Both the position numbers and the translations under genes were made by a program. 64,000 nt of DNA from a bacterium (GTDB lineage Bacteria; Patescibacteriota; Minisyncoccia; Phycocordibacterales; Phycocordibacteraceae), in the NCBI GenBank assembly GCA_023269085.1, contig JAHFML010000003.1, positions 52,863-116,862 on the forward strand, given 5' to 3'. A model generated the notes under the pieces. The model saw nothing but the letters and a program-made list of their open reading frames with translations, did no database searches and was not told the DNA's origin. Shown here piece by piece: positions 49,695 to 60,616 of the stretch (position 1 is the stretch's first letter; the number at the start of each line of letters is the position of its first letter).

Positions 49695-50305
49695 AACTTC
49701 TCATCGTGAGTGGGATTATTGTCGTCATCACGGGCATCGTTTTCGTGAACCAGAGCACCTTCAACAAGACACTCATTCTCTCGAACACCGCCTACGATAT
49801 CGCTCTTTCGATCCAGGCCGCCGAGACCTATGGCATGGGCGGTCATTCGGTCGGTATCTCGCCGGTCGGGTATGGTTTGCATTTCGACAGCAATTTCCCC
49901 AAAGAGTACAAACTTTTCGCCGACATATCTCCTCAGTCCTCAAGCGGGTCGGCTTGTCATGCGCCGGGCAACACGCAGGGCGGGCTGGACGCACAGCCAG
50001 GGAATTGTGTCTATGATGCGGGGAATGATTCTCTTGTTTTGACGTATGGTCTCGGGAATGGTATCAGCATCAGTGAGTTCTGTGCGTACCCGGCGTGGGG
50101 GAAATATTGTGCGAGCACCGGGCTGACGTCGCTCGATGTGGTATTTTCTCGTCCGAACGCGGCTCCGCTTATCAGTACGAGCGGGGCGTACACCGCATCC
50201 GCGAAATCGGCATGTCTCGCCGCGATTTCTCCACAGGGCGGGATTCGTTCCGTCGTAATCTCTGCATCGGGAGAGATAGAAGTAAGGCAGACCGCTTGTC
50301 CATGA
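49655..50305 (+). CDS. Minor pilin
   Basis: GFTLIELL N-methylation motif. Confidence 0.85.
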   Translation: MEHSHAHRGFTLIELLIVSGIIVVITGIVFVNQSTFNKTLILSNTAYDIALSIQAAETYGMGGHSVGISPVGYGLHFDSNFPKEYKLFADISPQSSSGSACHAPGNTQGGLDAQPGNCVYDAGNDSLVLTYGLGNGISISEFCAYPAWGKYCASTGLTSLDVVFSRPNAAPLISTSGAYTASAKSACLAAISPQGGIRSVVISASGEIEVRQTACP

Positions 50306-50835
50306 ATATGCCGTTGTCGCACTACCGTATGAAGAAGGTCGCTCGCGCGTTTACGCTCATTGAGCTCATGGTAGCGCTCGGGCTCTTCGCGGTCATCATG
50401 ACGATCGCCGCCGGCTCGTATCTCACGATGATCAACGCGAATCGTCATGCGCAGGCGCTCGCGAAGGGCGTCGATAATCTCTCCTTCGCGCTCGAGGTGA
50501 TGACGCGCACGATCAGCACCGGATCGCACTATGACCAGATTGGCACACACGAACTGACTTTCTTGAATAAAGACGGTGTTTCGGTCACGTACGCGGTCGC
50601 GAATAACGCATTACGGCAGACTGTTGGCGGCGTGACGGCGGTACTCACCGATCCGTCGGTCACCATCGGTTCGAGCCAGTTAACATTCATTATCACCGGC
50701 AAACAGTCGGTAAATAGCGATCAAGAACAGGCGCGCGTGCAGATCAACGTGCACGGGAGCGTCAATGTCGGGCCGGGCTCGACTAAGTCGTTCGATATCG
50801 AGACGCTCGCGACGATGCGCGGGAGCGACCTATGA
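50302..50835 (+). CDS. Minor pilin (PilW-like)
   Basis: AFTLIELMVA. Confidence 0.85.
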   Translation: MNMPLSHYRMKKVARAFTLIELMVALGLFAVIMTIAAGSYLTMINANRHAQALAKGVDNLSFALEVMTRTISTGSHYDQIGTHELTFLNKDGVSVTYAVANNALRQTVGGVTAVLTDPSVTIGSSQLTFIITGKQSVNSDQEQARVQINVHGSVNVGPGSTKSFDIETLATMRGSDL

Positions 50836-50836
50836 T

Positions 50837-51421
50837 ATGAAAGGCTTCACCCTCATCGAGACTCTTGTGGCGGTGACTATCGTTACGGTTGCCGTTTCGG
50901 GAGCTATTTTCTCTGCGAACAGCGCAATGGTCGCCGCGCAAGTCTCGCGCGATCGGCTTACCGCCTCATATCTCGCTCAAGAGGGCGTCGAATATGTTCG
51001 CGCGATGCGCGATGATGCGTTCCTCCAGGAATATCATGCCGGTAATGCGAACGCGTCTGCTGATGCTTGGAACAGCTTTACCAACGGAGCGCCCGGGTCG
51101 ACGCCATGGTCGATCAGGGGGTGTGTCGATGTGACTTGTACGCTCGATCCGTTGCGCTCTATGGGTTCGGTAGGGAACGGGTCATCGCTTAATTCGTGCG
51201 GCCAAGGGAATGGCAATGCCTGTACGCCGCTTTACTTCGCGAACGGCGCGTATACACAGCAGGACAATATATCAGGCGGCGTGAAGACACCCTTCACTCG
51301 TACGATCCAAGCGACCGCCATTTCCAGCACGGAAGAAAGCATCGTCTCGATCGTAACGTGGAATCTCCATGGAACTCAGTTCACGGCGAGTACGGCCGCC
51401 CATCTCACGCCATGGCAATAA
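50837..51421 (+). CDS. Minor pilin (PilV-like)
   Basis: GFTLIETLVA...A.YLAQEGVE. Confidence 0.85.
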   Translation: MKGFTLIETLVAVTIVTVAVSGAIFSANSAMVAAQVSRDRLTASYLAQEGVEYVRAMRDDAFLQEYHAGNANASADAWNSFTNGAPGSTPWSIRGCVDVTCTLDPLRSMGSVGNGSSLNSCGQGNGNACTPLYFANGAYTQQDNISGGVKTPFTRTIQATAISSTEESIVSIVTWNLHGTQFTASTAAHLTPWQ

Positions 51422-51906
51422 AAAAGACACCACGAGGGTTCGCGCTTCTTATCGCCATTATCTTCATGTCGGTGATGCTCTCCTTCGGGCTGACCTTGAG
51501 CTCGCTCGGGTATAAGCAGGAGCTGCTCTCGTCGAGCGTCGCGCAGTCGCGGGTCGCCTTCTATGCCGCCGATTCGATGCTCGAGTGTGTGCTCTATATG
51601 GACCAGCAATTGGGCACCTTCGCTTATCCATCGGTCGACCCGGGAGCTCCGCCAAGCATGTCTTCTTGCGGCGATGGCGCTGTCATCTCGCCGGCAGAGA
51701 CTTGGTATATGAACAAGTGGGTGGTCAGTGGGCGCTTCTCCCTCGATGACGGAGCGCATTGTGCCGATTTCATGGTGTCGAAGCCGGATCCTGGCGTCTC
51801 TGGCGGCGTAACATATCTTTATTCGCAGGGGTATGATGTCTCTTGTTCATCGGTAGGTTTAAATAATGTCCGGTTTGCTTCGCGCGGGATCACGGCTCAC
51901 TATTGA
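51412..51906 (+). CDS. PilX-like minor pilin
   Basis: GFALLIA (no Glu5), AFYAADS. Confidence 0.75.
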   Translation: MAIKKTPRGFALLIAIIFMSVMLSFGLTLSSLGYKQELLSSSVAQSRVAFYAADSMLECVLYMDQQLGTFAYPSVDPGAPPSMSSCGDGAVISPAETWYMNKWVVSGRFSLDDGAHCADFMVSKPDPGVSGGVTYLYSQGYDVSCSSVGLNNVRFASRGITAHY

Positions 51907-51913
51907 TGGGTAA

Positions 51914-53956
<2,043 letters not shown>

Positions 53957-53999
53957 TGCTATCCTCTACGCAGGTTTTAGGTCTTTTCACTTGTGCATC

Positions 54000-54066
54000 C
54001 GCCACAGCAGAAAGGGGCTTCCGCCAACCGGCGGACTAGGCCGTTTTCTGCTGTGGCGAACCGAAT
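54000..54066 (+). promoter_or_regulatory. Conserved structured leader upstream of DGR2 target
   Basis: CGCCACAGCAGAAA/TTTCTGCTGTGGCG stem plus inner CCGCC-AACC-GGCGG hairpin; homolog of 17752-17822. Confidence 0.8.
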
Positions 54067-54120
54067 AGGTACGCTTGAACAGCACTGTAAAAACGCTCTT
54101 CCCAAGCCAAGGAGAAAGTC

Positions 54121-54714
54121 ATGAGCGCACAACAGAAGCAAATCACGAAACTAGTGGCCGCTCTGGTCGAGTTTTCTGACCAGTTCGGCCAGATGTCGAC
54201 CGAGGATTGCCAATGGGCAATCCAAAACACGAAAGCGGCAATCGGCCTCTTCGTAGAGGCGGTGAGGAATCGCCCGATAGCAGCTCTGGTCGGGTTGCCA
54301 GAAGGCACGGTCATCCGTCGCGTGAAGGTCGACCGCTCGCATTCTCCGCAGAAAATGGTGAACGCGACCGGCCGTAGGCAGTACATCGACAAGGACATCC
54401 TCGCGACGATGCCTTTGGGCGAAGGCGACGAGGTGGATGTGTACTTCGTACCGACCAAGCGCTTCGTTTTGGCAAGTGAGGTCTCGGCGTTTCTCGCGCA
54501 GTATGGTCTCGTTCCCGACCCGCGCGCGCAAACGGCGGTGAACGAAGCCGATCCGACCTTCGCCGACGACCATCCGAACGGAACGCAATGGAGCGATTTT
54601 TGCTACCTGACGTTCTACCGCTGGTATGACGAGCGGGACGTGTACTGCAACCGCGACGACCGCGTCTGGCGCGGCTATTGGTTCCTCTCGGGTGTCCCGA
54701 CTCCCCGCAAGTAA
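54121..54714 (+). CDS. DGR2 target (variable) protein
   Basis: 3' end contains VR2; AAGGAGA SD upstream. Confidence 0.9.
   Translation: MSAQQKQITKLVAALVEFSDQFGQMSTEDCQWAIQNTKAAIGLFVEAVRNRPIAALVGLPEGTVIRRVKVDRSHSPQKMVNATGRRQYIDKDILATMPLGEGDEVDVYFVPTKRFVLASEVSAFLAQYGLVPDPRAQTAVNEADPTFADDHPNGTQWSDFCYLTFYRWYDERDVYCNRDDRVWRGYWFLSGVPTPRK
54600..54707 (+). repeat. DGR2 variable repeat (VR2)
   Basis: 108-bp match to 55024-55131 with 12 mismatches, all opposite TR adenines. Confidence 0.97.
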
Positions 54715-54720
54715 GTCCTC

Positions 54721-54790
54721 GGGTCTTTGAGTATAAGAACTCTTTAGACCCTTAACCCTTTGTGCGCCGCTTTCCCAAGCGGCGCATTTT
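54721..54790 (+). other. Two hairpins 3' of VR2 (candidate target-recognition hairpin or terminator)
   Basis: GGGTCT...AGACCC and perfect TGCGCCGCTT-TCCC-AAGCGGCGCA. Confidence 0.65.
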
Positions 54791-55023
54791 GTATATGATG
54801 CAAATGGTAGTAGGCGAATACGGAAGCGATTACGGTTTCTTCCTGCCGAATCCAGTATCCGTACGTTGAGAACGTGTGCGATTACGGTTGCATATGGAGG
54901 ATGTACGCAGAAACTTCAAAAAATGAAGATACTTGGTGTGAAGTGCTGGCGCATTACCGATGCCGAATACGATTCAACCTTGAGAATACTCGATGGGTGG
55001 TGGCACAGATGGCGCTCCATACA

Positions 55024-55131
55024 TTGCTACCTGACGTTCAACCGCTGGAATGACGAGCGGAACGTGAACTGCAACCGCAACGACAACGACTGGAACGACA
55101 ATTGGTTCCTCTCGGGTGTCCCGACTCCCCG
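55024..55131 (+). repeat. DGR2 template repeat (TR2)
   Basis: AAC/AAT-rich copy of VR2. Confidence 0.97.
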
Positions 55132-55140
55132 TAACTCTCT

Positions 55141-55552
55141 TCATTTCTCGCCCGAACCTCTATGTTCGGGCGAGTTTTGTTTAACGAGCTGCCCATTCCA
55201 TCCACCAAGCATTCTCCCGACCTCCTCAAGTGGCATCGAGAGAGCGATGTATTTCTTCGTATCGAGCGATTTGGTCTCCCAGAGGATGAGTAAGAATATT
55301 TTTAGCGTATCGAGTTTACGAATAGCGAGACGCACCCACGGCTGTTTCTCAGTTTTTGAGAGAAAGCTTGCACTTGCGACTGCTTCAATCAACGCAACGA
55401 ATTCCGCGTCAACTGTTCCACCGAGCGTGTGCCGATGGGTCTTCGGTATGGTTTGATAAAATCCATACCATATAATATACGCATGCTTAATACGCTCGAG
55501 CACCGGCAAGAGCCTCGGGGGGGGGGAGCTTCGAAGAATCGAATTCGTTCAT
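55141..55552 (-). CDS. avd: DGR2 Avd-like four-helix-bundle protein; ATG55552 is out of frame across the C10 tract, body open from TTG55509
   Basis: RHTLGGTVD, KLDTLK, EVGRMLGGW motifs. Confidence 0.85.
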
Positions 55553-56542
55553 ACCTATGAGCATATCATCTCGATCGAGAACCTTCTCGACGCGTGGCGA
55601 GAATTCGTGAGAGGGAAGAAGAAGCGTGCGGATGTGCAAGAGTTCGAGAGAGACTTGATGCAAAATGTCATATCGTTGCATCGTTATCTCGTGTCTGGCG
55701 CGTACCAGCACGGCCAGTACGAGCGCTTCAAAATCAACGACCCCAAGCCTCGCGACATCCACAAAGCGAGCGTGCGCGATCGGCTCGTGCACCATGCCAT
55801 CTATCGCATTCTATATCCATTCTTCGACCGCACTTTCATCAGCGACTCCTATTCCTGCCGCAATGGGAAGGGAACGCACAGAGCCATGAATCGCTTTAGA
55901 GCCTTTGCGCGCAAAGTATCGAAGAATGACACGCGCACTGCTTGGGTCTTGAAGTGCGACATACGCAAGTTCTTCGCCTCGATTGATCAGTCAACGCTCC
56001 TCGTCATCTTGAAGAGACGCATAACAGACGAACGCACGCTGACACTTCTGCAACGAGTTATCGAGAGCTTCCGCACACCCTGTGCAACACCTGGTGTTGC
56101 ACAAAAAGGCCTCCCGCTTGGCAACCTTACCTCACAACTCCTCGTGAACATCTACATGAACGAGTTCGATCAATTCGTGAAGCACGCGCTCAAAGCAAGA
56201 TACTATCTCCGCTATGCCGATGACTTCGTATTCATCTCTCACGACCGCAGAGAGCTCGAGGCGCTTCTGCCTCGGGTCGATGCCTTTTTGCGCGACCGGC
56301 TCAAGCTCGAACTGCATCCAGACAAAGTCTCAATCGCCACGCTCGCTTCGGGTATCGACTTCTTGGGCTGGGTGCATTTCTCTGACCATCGCGTTGTGCG
56401 AGGCGCGACGAAGCGGCGGATGTTGCGGAGGATTGAAGAGATGGGTGGCAAGCCAGAGGTGGTGAGCTCGTATCTGGGGATGCTCTCGCACGGGAACGCG
56501 TACCGGCTTGTTGCTCATATTTCAGAACAGAAGGAAAAGTGA
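55483..56542 (+). CDS. DGR2 reverse transcriptase; ATG55483 is out of frame across G10, conserved frame from ~55526
   Basis: HTYEHIISIENLLDAW N-terminus lies upstream of the first in-frame GTG (55607); GLPLGNLTSQ, YLRYADD. Confidence 0.9.
55517..55526 (+). repeat. G10 homopolymer at the avd/RT junction of DGR2
   Basis: ctcGGGGGGGGGGagc. Confidence 0.95.
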
Positions 56543-56555
56543 TACAGTAGAAACC

Positions 56556-56900
56556 ATGGCGACTACAGAGGAGGTGAAGAAGCTCGCGGCCTTGGCGCGG
56601 ATTACCATTGCCGACGAAGAACTCACGACTAAAACCGCCCAAGGCGGTTCGTCCGACGCCGCAGAAGCGGCGTTTAGGAAGTTTACGAGTGAGTTTGACG
56701 CTATCTTGGCGTATGTCGGCCAGCTCGAGGAGCTCGAGTTGCCCGAGGGCTTGGTGGGAGAGAAGCCGGCCTTGCGGAACATCTTTCGTGATGACGCAGA
56801 GCCGTATCCCGCGCGCACCTTTACCGAAAAGATTACAGCGCAATTTCCGGCACGTTCGGGCGACGCGCTCTTGGTGAAGCAAATCATTTCTCATGAATAA
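56556..56900 (+). CDS. gatC: Asp/Glu-tRNA amidotransferase subunit C
   Basis: VKKLAALARI, ILAYVGQL, FRDD; palindromic insert at 56629-56678. Confidence 0.9.
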   Translation: MATTEEVKKLAALARITIADEELTTKTAQGGSSDAAEAAFRKFTSEFDAILAYVGQLEELELPEGLVGEKPALRNIFRDDAEPYPARTFTEKITAQFPARSGDALLVKQIISHE

Positions 56901-58341
56901 AGAAAAATTGAATGAGTTGACGATTGGTGAGGCCGCCCGCGCGCTCCGCCTGCCTGACGGCAGTCAGGCGCGCGTCACCGTTCGTGAATTATGGGACGCT
57001 TGCATCGAAGCGGCCAAAGCGAAGAACCCCGAGCTGAACGCCTATCTCGAAATTTTTGATGCTGACGAGGCGGCTATTGCCGACGCACAAAAGAGAATAA
57101 ATGAAGAAGGGGACAAAGCACCACTTCTCTGCGGCATCCCGCTCGCTATTAAAGACAACATCTTGATAGAAGGCCACATCGCGAGTGCCGCGAGCCGGAT
57201 GCTTGAGAACTATCGCGCGACCTACGACGCTACCGTCATCGAGAAGCTCAGGGTGGCGGGCGCGCTCTTCATCGGGCGCACCAACATGGACGAGTTCGCG
57301 ATGGGTTCGTCGACTGAGCACTCGGCCTTCGTGAAGACGCGCAACCCGCACGACCCTGCGCGCGTGCCGGGTGGCTCATCGGGCGGCTCGGCGGCGGCGG
57401 TCGCCGCGCACATGGCGATCGCGGCTCTCGGCACCGACACGGGTGGCTCTATCCGCCAGCCCGCCGCACTCACCGGCCTCGTCGGGTTGAAGCCGACCTA
57501 TGGCGAGGTCTCGCGCTCGGGCGCTATCGCGATGGGCTCGTCGCTCGATCAGATCGGCCCGCTCGCGAAGACAGCTGAAGACGCGAAGATTATTTTCGAT
57601 ACAATACGCGGCGTTGATCCGCTCGATTCGACGACGATTCCTGACGGTCTCTATCCAGTACAAAAAGTGGGGCTGAAGCTGCGCATCGGTGTCCCGCGTG
57701 CGCTCCTCGGCGACAATGTTACGGCCGATGTGCGCGCCGCCTTCGATGCCACCCTCGAGAGACTCGTGCAGGCCGGCCACACGCTCGTCGATATCGAGCT
57801 CCCGACGAGCGCGCACTCGCTCGCGGCCTATTATGTCATCATGCCGGCCGAGGTATCGACCAATCTCGCGCGGCTCGACGGTATCCGTTATGGTCACGCC
57901 GTGCGTGGCGCGACTCTGCTCGACGACTACCTGCTCTCTCGTACCGAAGGCTTCGGAGAAGAGACGCGCCGCCGCATCCTGCTTGGCACCTTCGTCCTCT
58001 CCTCGGGCTATATCGACGCCTACTATCGCAAGGCGCACGCCGCGCGCGACGTGCTCCGCCACGAATATAACGAAGCCTTCAAGAAGGTCGACGTCATCGC
58101 TTTCCCCACGACGCTCTCGCCCGCGTTCAAGTTCGGCGAAAAGAGCGACCCGATCTCTATGTATCTCGAAGACATCTTCACGGTGACGGCCAACCTCACC
58201 GGCATGCCCGCGCTCTCAACACCGATGGGCACGGTCGAGCGGGAAGGGAAGCAGCTCCCGATCGGCATCCACTTCACTGCGCCGCATCAGGCCGAAGAAA
58301 CACTCTTCACCATAGCCTCTCTTGTTGAACATTCGGCATAG
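56893..58341 (+). CDS. gatA: Asp/Glu-tRNA amidotransferase subunit A
   Basis: IKDNI, PGGSSGGS, DTGGSIRQPA, RRILLGTF. Confidence 0.96.
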   Translation: MNKEKLNELTIGEAARALRLPDGSQARVTVRELWDACIEAAKAKNPELNAYLEIFDADEAAIADAQKRINEEGDKAPLLCGIPLAIKDNILIEGHIASAASRMLENYRATYDATVIEKLRVAGALFIGRTNMDEFAMGSSTEHSAFVKTRNPHDPARVPGGSSGGSAAAVAAHMAIAALGTDTGGSIRQPAALTGLVGLKPTYGEVSRSGAIAMGSSLDQIGPLAKTAEDAKIIFDTIRGVDPLDSTTIPDGLYPVQKVGLKLRIGVPRALLGDNVTADVRAAFDATLERLVQAGHTLVDIELPTSAHSLAAYYVIMPAEVSTNLARLDGIRYGHAVRGATLLDDYLLSRTEGFGEETRRRILLGTFVLSSGYIDAYYRKAHAARDVLRHEYNEAFKKVDVIAFPTTLSPAFKFGEKSDPISMYLEDIFTVTANLTGMPALSTPMGTVEREGKQLPIGIHFTAPHQAEETLFTIASLVEHSA

Positions 58342-58353
58342 TATACTGACGCT

Positions 58354-58932
58354 ATGCAGATCCCTGATCAGCTGAACGTCGAGTTCTTTTTCCGTCTCCT
58401 TTACGAATGCCTTCACGGCGCGTGTATGGGTGGCGCCAATGGCGCAATTTTTTCTGCATGGCTCGCGCAGCTCTGGCTCTGGATCGTCCTCATCGGGTAT
58501 CTGCTCGCGATTGTCGGGCTCATCATGATCGTCTATACGACCATGCGTATCTTCGAGCTTCGTAAACGCGAAGAGGAGCACTATGGCACGCTCATTATCT
58601 CGCCGGACGCGGGTGGTGCGAATCCGCGTTGGCTCCACATCGAGACGCTCGCCAAGAGCGCGAACACGAGCGATCTGCGCACCGCTATTATCGAGGCCGA
58701 CATCATGCTCGACGATATGCTCACCACGCAGGGCTACACAGGCGACGGCGTCGCCGAGAAGTTGAAGAATGTCGAGCGTTCTGACTTCGCGACAAGGGAT
58801 GACGCGTGGACGGCGCATAAGGTACGCAACCAGATAGCGCACGAGGGCTCGGCCTTCGACCTCTCTGAGGTACTCGCCCGCCGCACCCTCGCTCACTACG
58901 AAGCTGTCTTCCGCGAATTTGGGATGCTTTGA
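58354..58932 (+). CDS. Membrane-anchored hypothetical protein with HEPN-like C-terminal motif
   Basis: One TM segment; AIIEAD and AHKVRNQIAHE. Confidence 0.7.
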   Translation: MQIPDQLNVEFFFRLLYECLHGACMGGANGAIFSAWLAQLWLWIVLIGYLLAIVGLIMIVYTTMRIFELRKREEEHYGTLIISPDAGGANPRWLHIETLAKSANTSDLRTAIIEADIMLDDMLTTQGYTGDGVAEKLKNVERSDFATRDDAWTAHKVRNQIAHEGSAFDLSEVLARRTLAHYEAVFREFGML

Positions 58933-59006
58933 GTTGCAAAGCGATTGAGAAGCGGTATAGTGTACCTATCGCAGAGACGCAGGGTCTCTTGCGGTTATGA
59001 GAATAT

Positions 59007-59294
59007 AGCGGGGTAGAGGAGAGGTACCTCGGGAGGCTTGAGTTATTCGGGCGTGCGCGCGAGCAATTGCGCGTAAGATCATCTGTCAAATTCGGCGAAC
59101 CCCTCTCGCGAAAACGAAAGGCAACACCGAGCCAAGCTTTGCGAATAATCGCAAGGAAGGTGTAGAGACTAGACGGCAGACATCCTGAGCGTAGTCGAAG
59201 GATGAAGGCATAGTCCAGACCACAAACGAAAGGCAATGAAAATTGTAGTGGTAAGCATAACCTCCAGACCCTGGTTCGATTCCAGGCCCCGCAA
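59007..59294 (+). tRNA. tRNA-Met(CAT), probably initiator, split by a group I intron (exons 59007-59038 and 59256-59294)
   Basis: Spliced cloverleaf: GCGGGG/CCCCGC acceptor stem, GAGG/CCTC D-stem, GGAGG-CTCATAA-CCTCC, GGTTCGATTCC; 1:72 mismatch and A11:U24. Confidence 0.88.
59039..59255 (+). ncRNA. Group I intron (217 nt, no ORF)
   Basis: Follows exon U33 and ends in G; P (AAATTCGGCGAA), Q (ACCGAGCCAAG), R (GTAGAGACTA) and S (AAGGCATAGTCC) elements. Confidence 0.88.
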
Positions 59295-59300
59295 CAAACA

Positions 59301-59334
59301 AAACAGAAAGCCGCCGCAAGGCGGCTTTCTGTTT
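59301..59334. terminator. Terminator hairpin after the tRNA
   Basis: AAACAGAAAGCCGCC-GCAA-GGCGGCTTTCTGTTT. Confidence 0.8.
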
Positions 59335-59344
59335 GCTTCAGAAT

Positions 59345-60616
59345 TCAAAAGAAGGGTGAAGGAGTCGAGAGATCATCGGGCAAGATGGGTGAACGAAATG
59401 CGAGGGAAGGCGCGAGCGCGGTAAGGCGCTTTTCGCAATCATCGGGCTCTTGTCCCGGGATGGGCATCATCTGACGCGGGTCGCCACAGTGTATAAGAGC
59501 GAATTCGGCGAGTCGGGCGATTTCAGTCTTGAATGCGTTCGAGTCAGCATAGCCGCTTGCGGCCTGTAGTTTGGGCTCGAGAGTGGTGAATGGACGCTTT
59601 GGGTCGCCGGTCGCGGCGATGAGACGCGCGACCGCGAGGATGTGCGCCGCTCGCTCCTTCGGGTTGTATCCGAAGATTTCGTTTATATCGGTGAGCACGA
59701 GCCAGTCGAGGATATGATGCGCGGCGTCTTTGAGGCCTTCAGCTATGCGTAAACGTCTGGCAAGGACACTTATTTCCGCGTGGGTGTCGAGAAGAGTGTC
59801 AAGAACTTCTATGGGTTCGATGAGTGTGAGAGAGCCGGAGGCTTTGCCGGAGTGAGCGTTCTCTTCAAGCGATGCGGCTATCTGATTGACGCATTGGCGT
59901 ACCATCTCTTGAAACAGTCGCGAATTCTGATGGCCGTTCTTCATCACGCTCACGAGATGGTTTTCGCCCATCGTGAGCGCGCGCACCACGGGCTGCATGT
60001 CCGCGTAGGTGACCTTCTTGTTGGGGCGAGCTTTGGGCATCTCGACGAGAAGGTAGGTGAGCGCATCACTCGGATCGCGCGTCGGGTCGGTGAATATCGC
60101 GGTGATCGCCTTCAAGTCCTTCTTCGTGCCACCTATGGTGCGCAAAAAATAGAGAAGATTTTCCTCGGCTACTTCGGAGAGAAACTGTAGTCTTTGGTCG
60201 ATAGCCTTCTGTATCCGTTCTTCGTTTTCCGGACTGTTTTCTTCTTCGAGAAGAGCATCGTAATCTATTGGCGGCGCACCGGCGGCAACCTCCTCGCGCA
60301 TCTTCTCGACAGGTGACATGCCGAGATCGTCATGAGGGAAGTGGTTCCATACGCCCGTCATGATCTCGAAGGCATCTATGAAGGTATCCTCGTTTCCAGA
60401 ATGTCGAGCGATGAAGTCAGCGAAAGCAGATTGGAAGTCTTTGAATGGATAGGAGCGTGGTGAGACCATGCCGAGCTTTGTTGCGGCGACGGCCGCTTCG
60501 AATCCGAGCGTGTGCGGGAGTTGAGCGTTCGTAACGAGCGCTTCATAATCACGCTGTATCTCAGCGCGCAACTCTTCTATCGGGCGTTCGAGGTCGGGCT
60601 TGGTGTACGATTTCAT
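59345..60616 (-). CDS. Hypothetical protein, translationally coupled to the Fic gene
   Basis: 423-aa ORF; WNHFPH..LG.SP.E motif; ATGA overlap with the Fic stop. Confidence 0.7.
   Translation of the reverse strand: MKSYTKPDLERPIEELRAEIQRDYEALVTNAQLPHTLGFEAAVAATKLGMVSPRSYPFKDFQSAFADFIARHSGNEDTFIDAFEIMTGVWNHFPHDDLGMSPVEKMREEVAAGAPPIDYDALLEEENSPENEERIQKAIDQRLQFLSEVAEENLLYFLRTIGGTKKDLKAITAIFTDPTRDPSDALTYLLVEMPKARPNKKVTYADMQPVVRALTMGENHLVSVMKNGHQNSRLFQEMVRQCVNQIAASLEENAHSGKASGSLTLIEPIEVLDTLLDTHAEISVLARRLRIAEGLKDAAHHILDWLVLTDINEIFGYNPKERAAHILAVARLIAATGDPKRPFTTLEPKLQAASGYADSNAFKTEIARLAEFALIHCGDPRQMMPIPGQEPDDCEKRLTALAPSLAFRSPILPDDLSTPSPFF

Noticed and set aside
54866-55456. 196-aa ORF spanning TR2 and antisense to avd2
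   Set aside because: TR is naturally stop-free in the VR frame and the rest is the shadow of avd; the equivalent DGR1 frame closes early.
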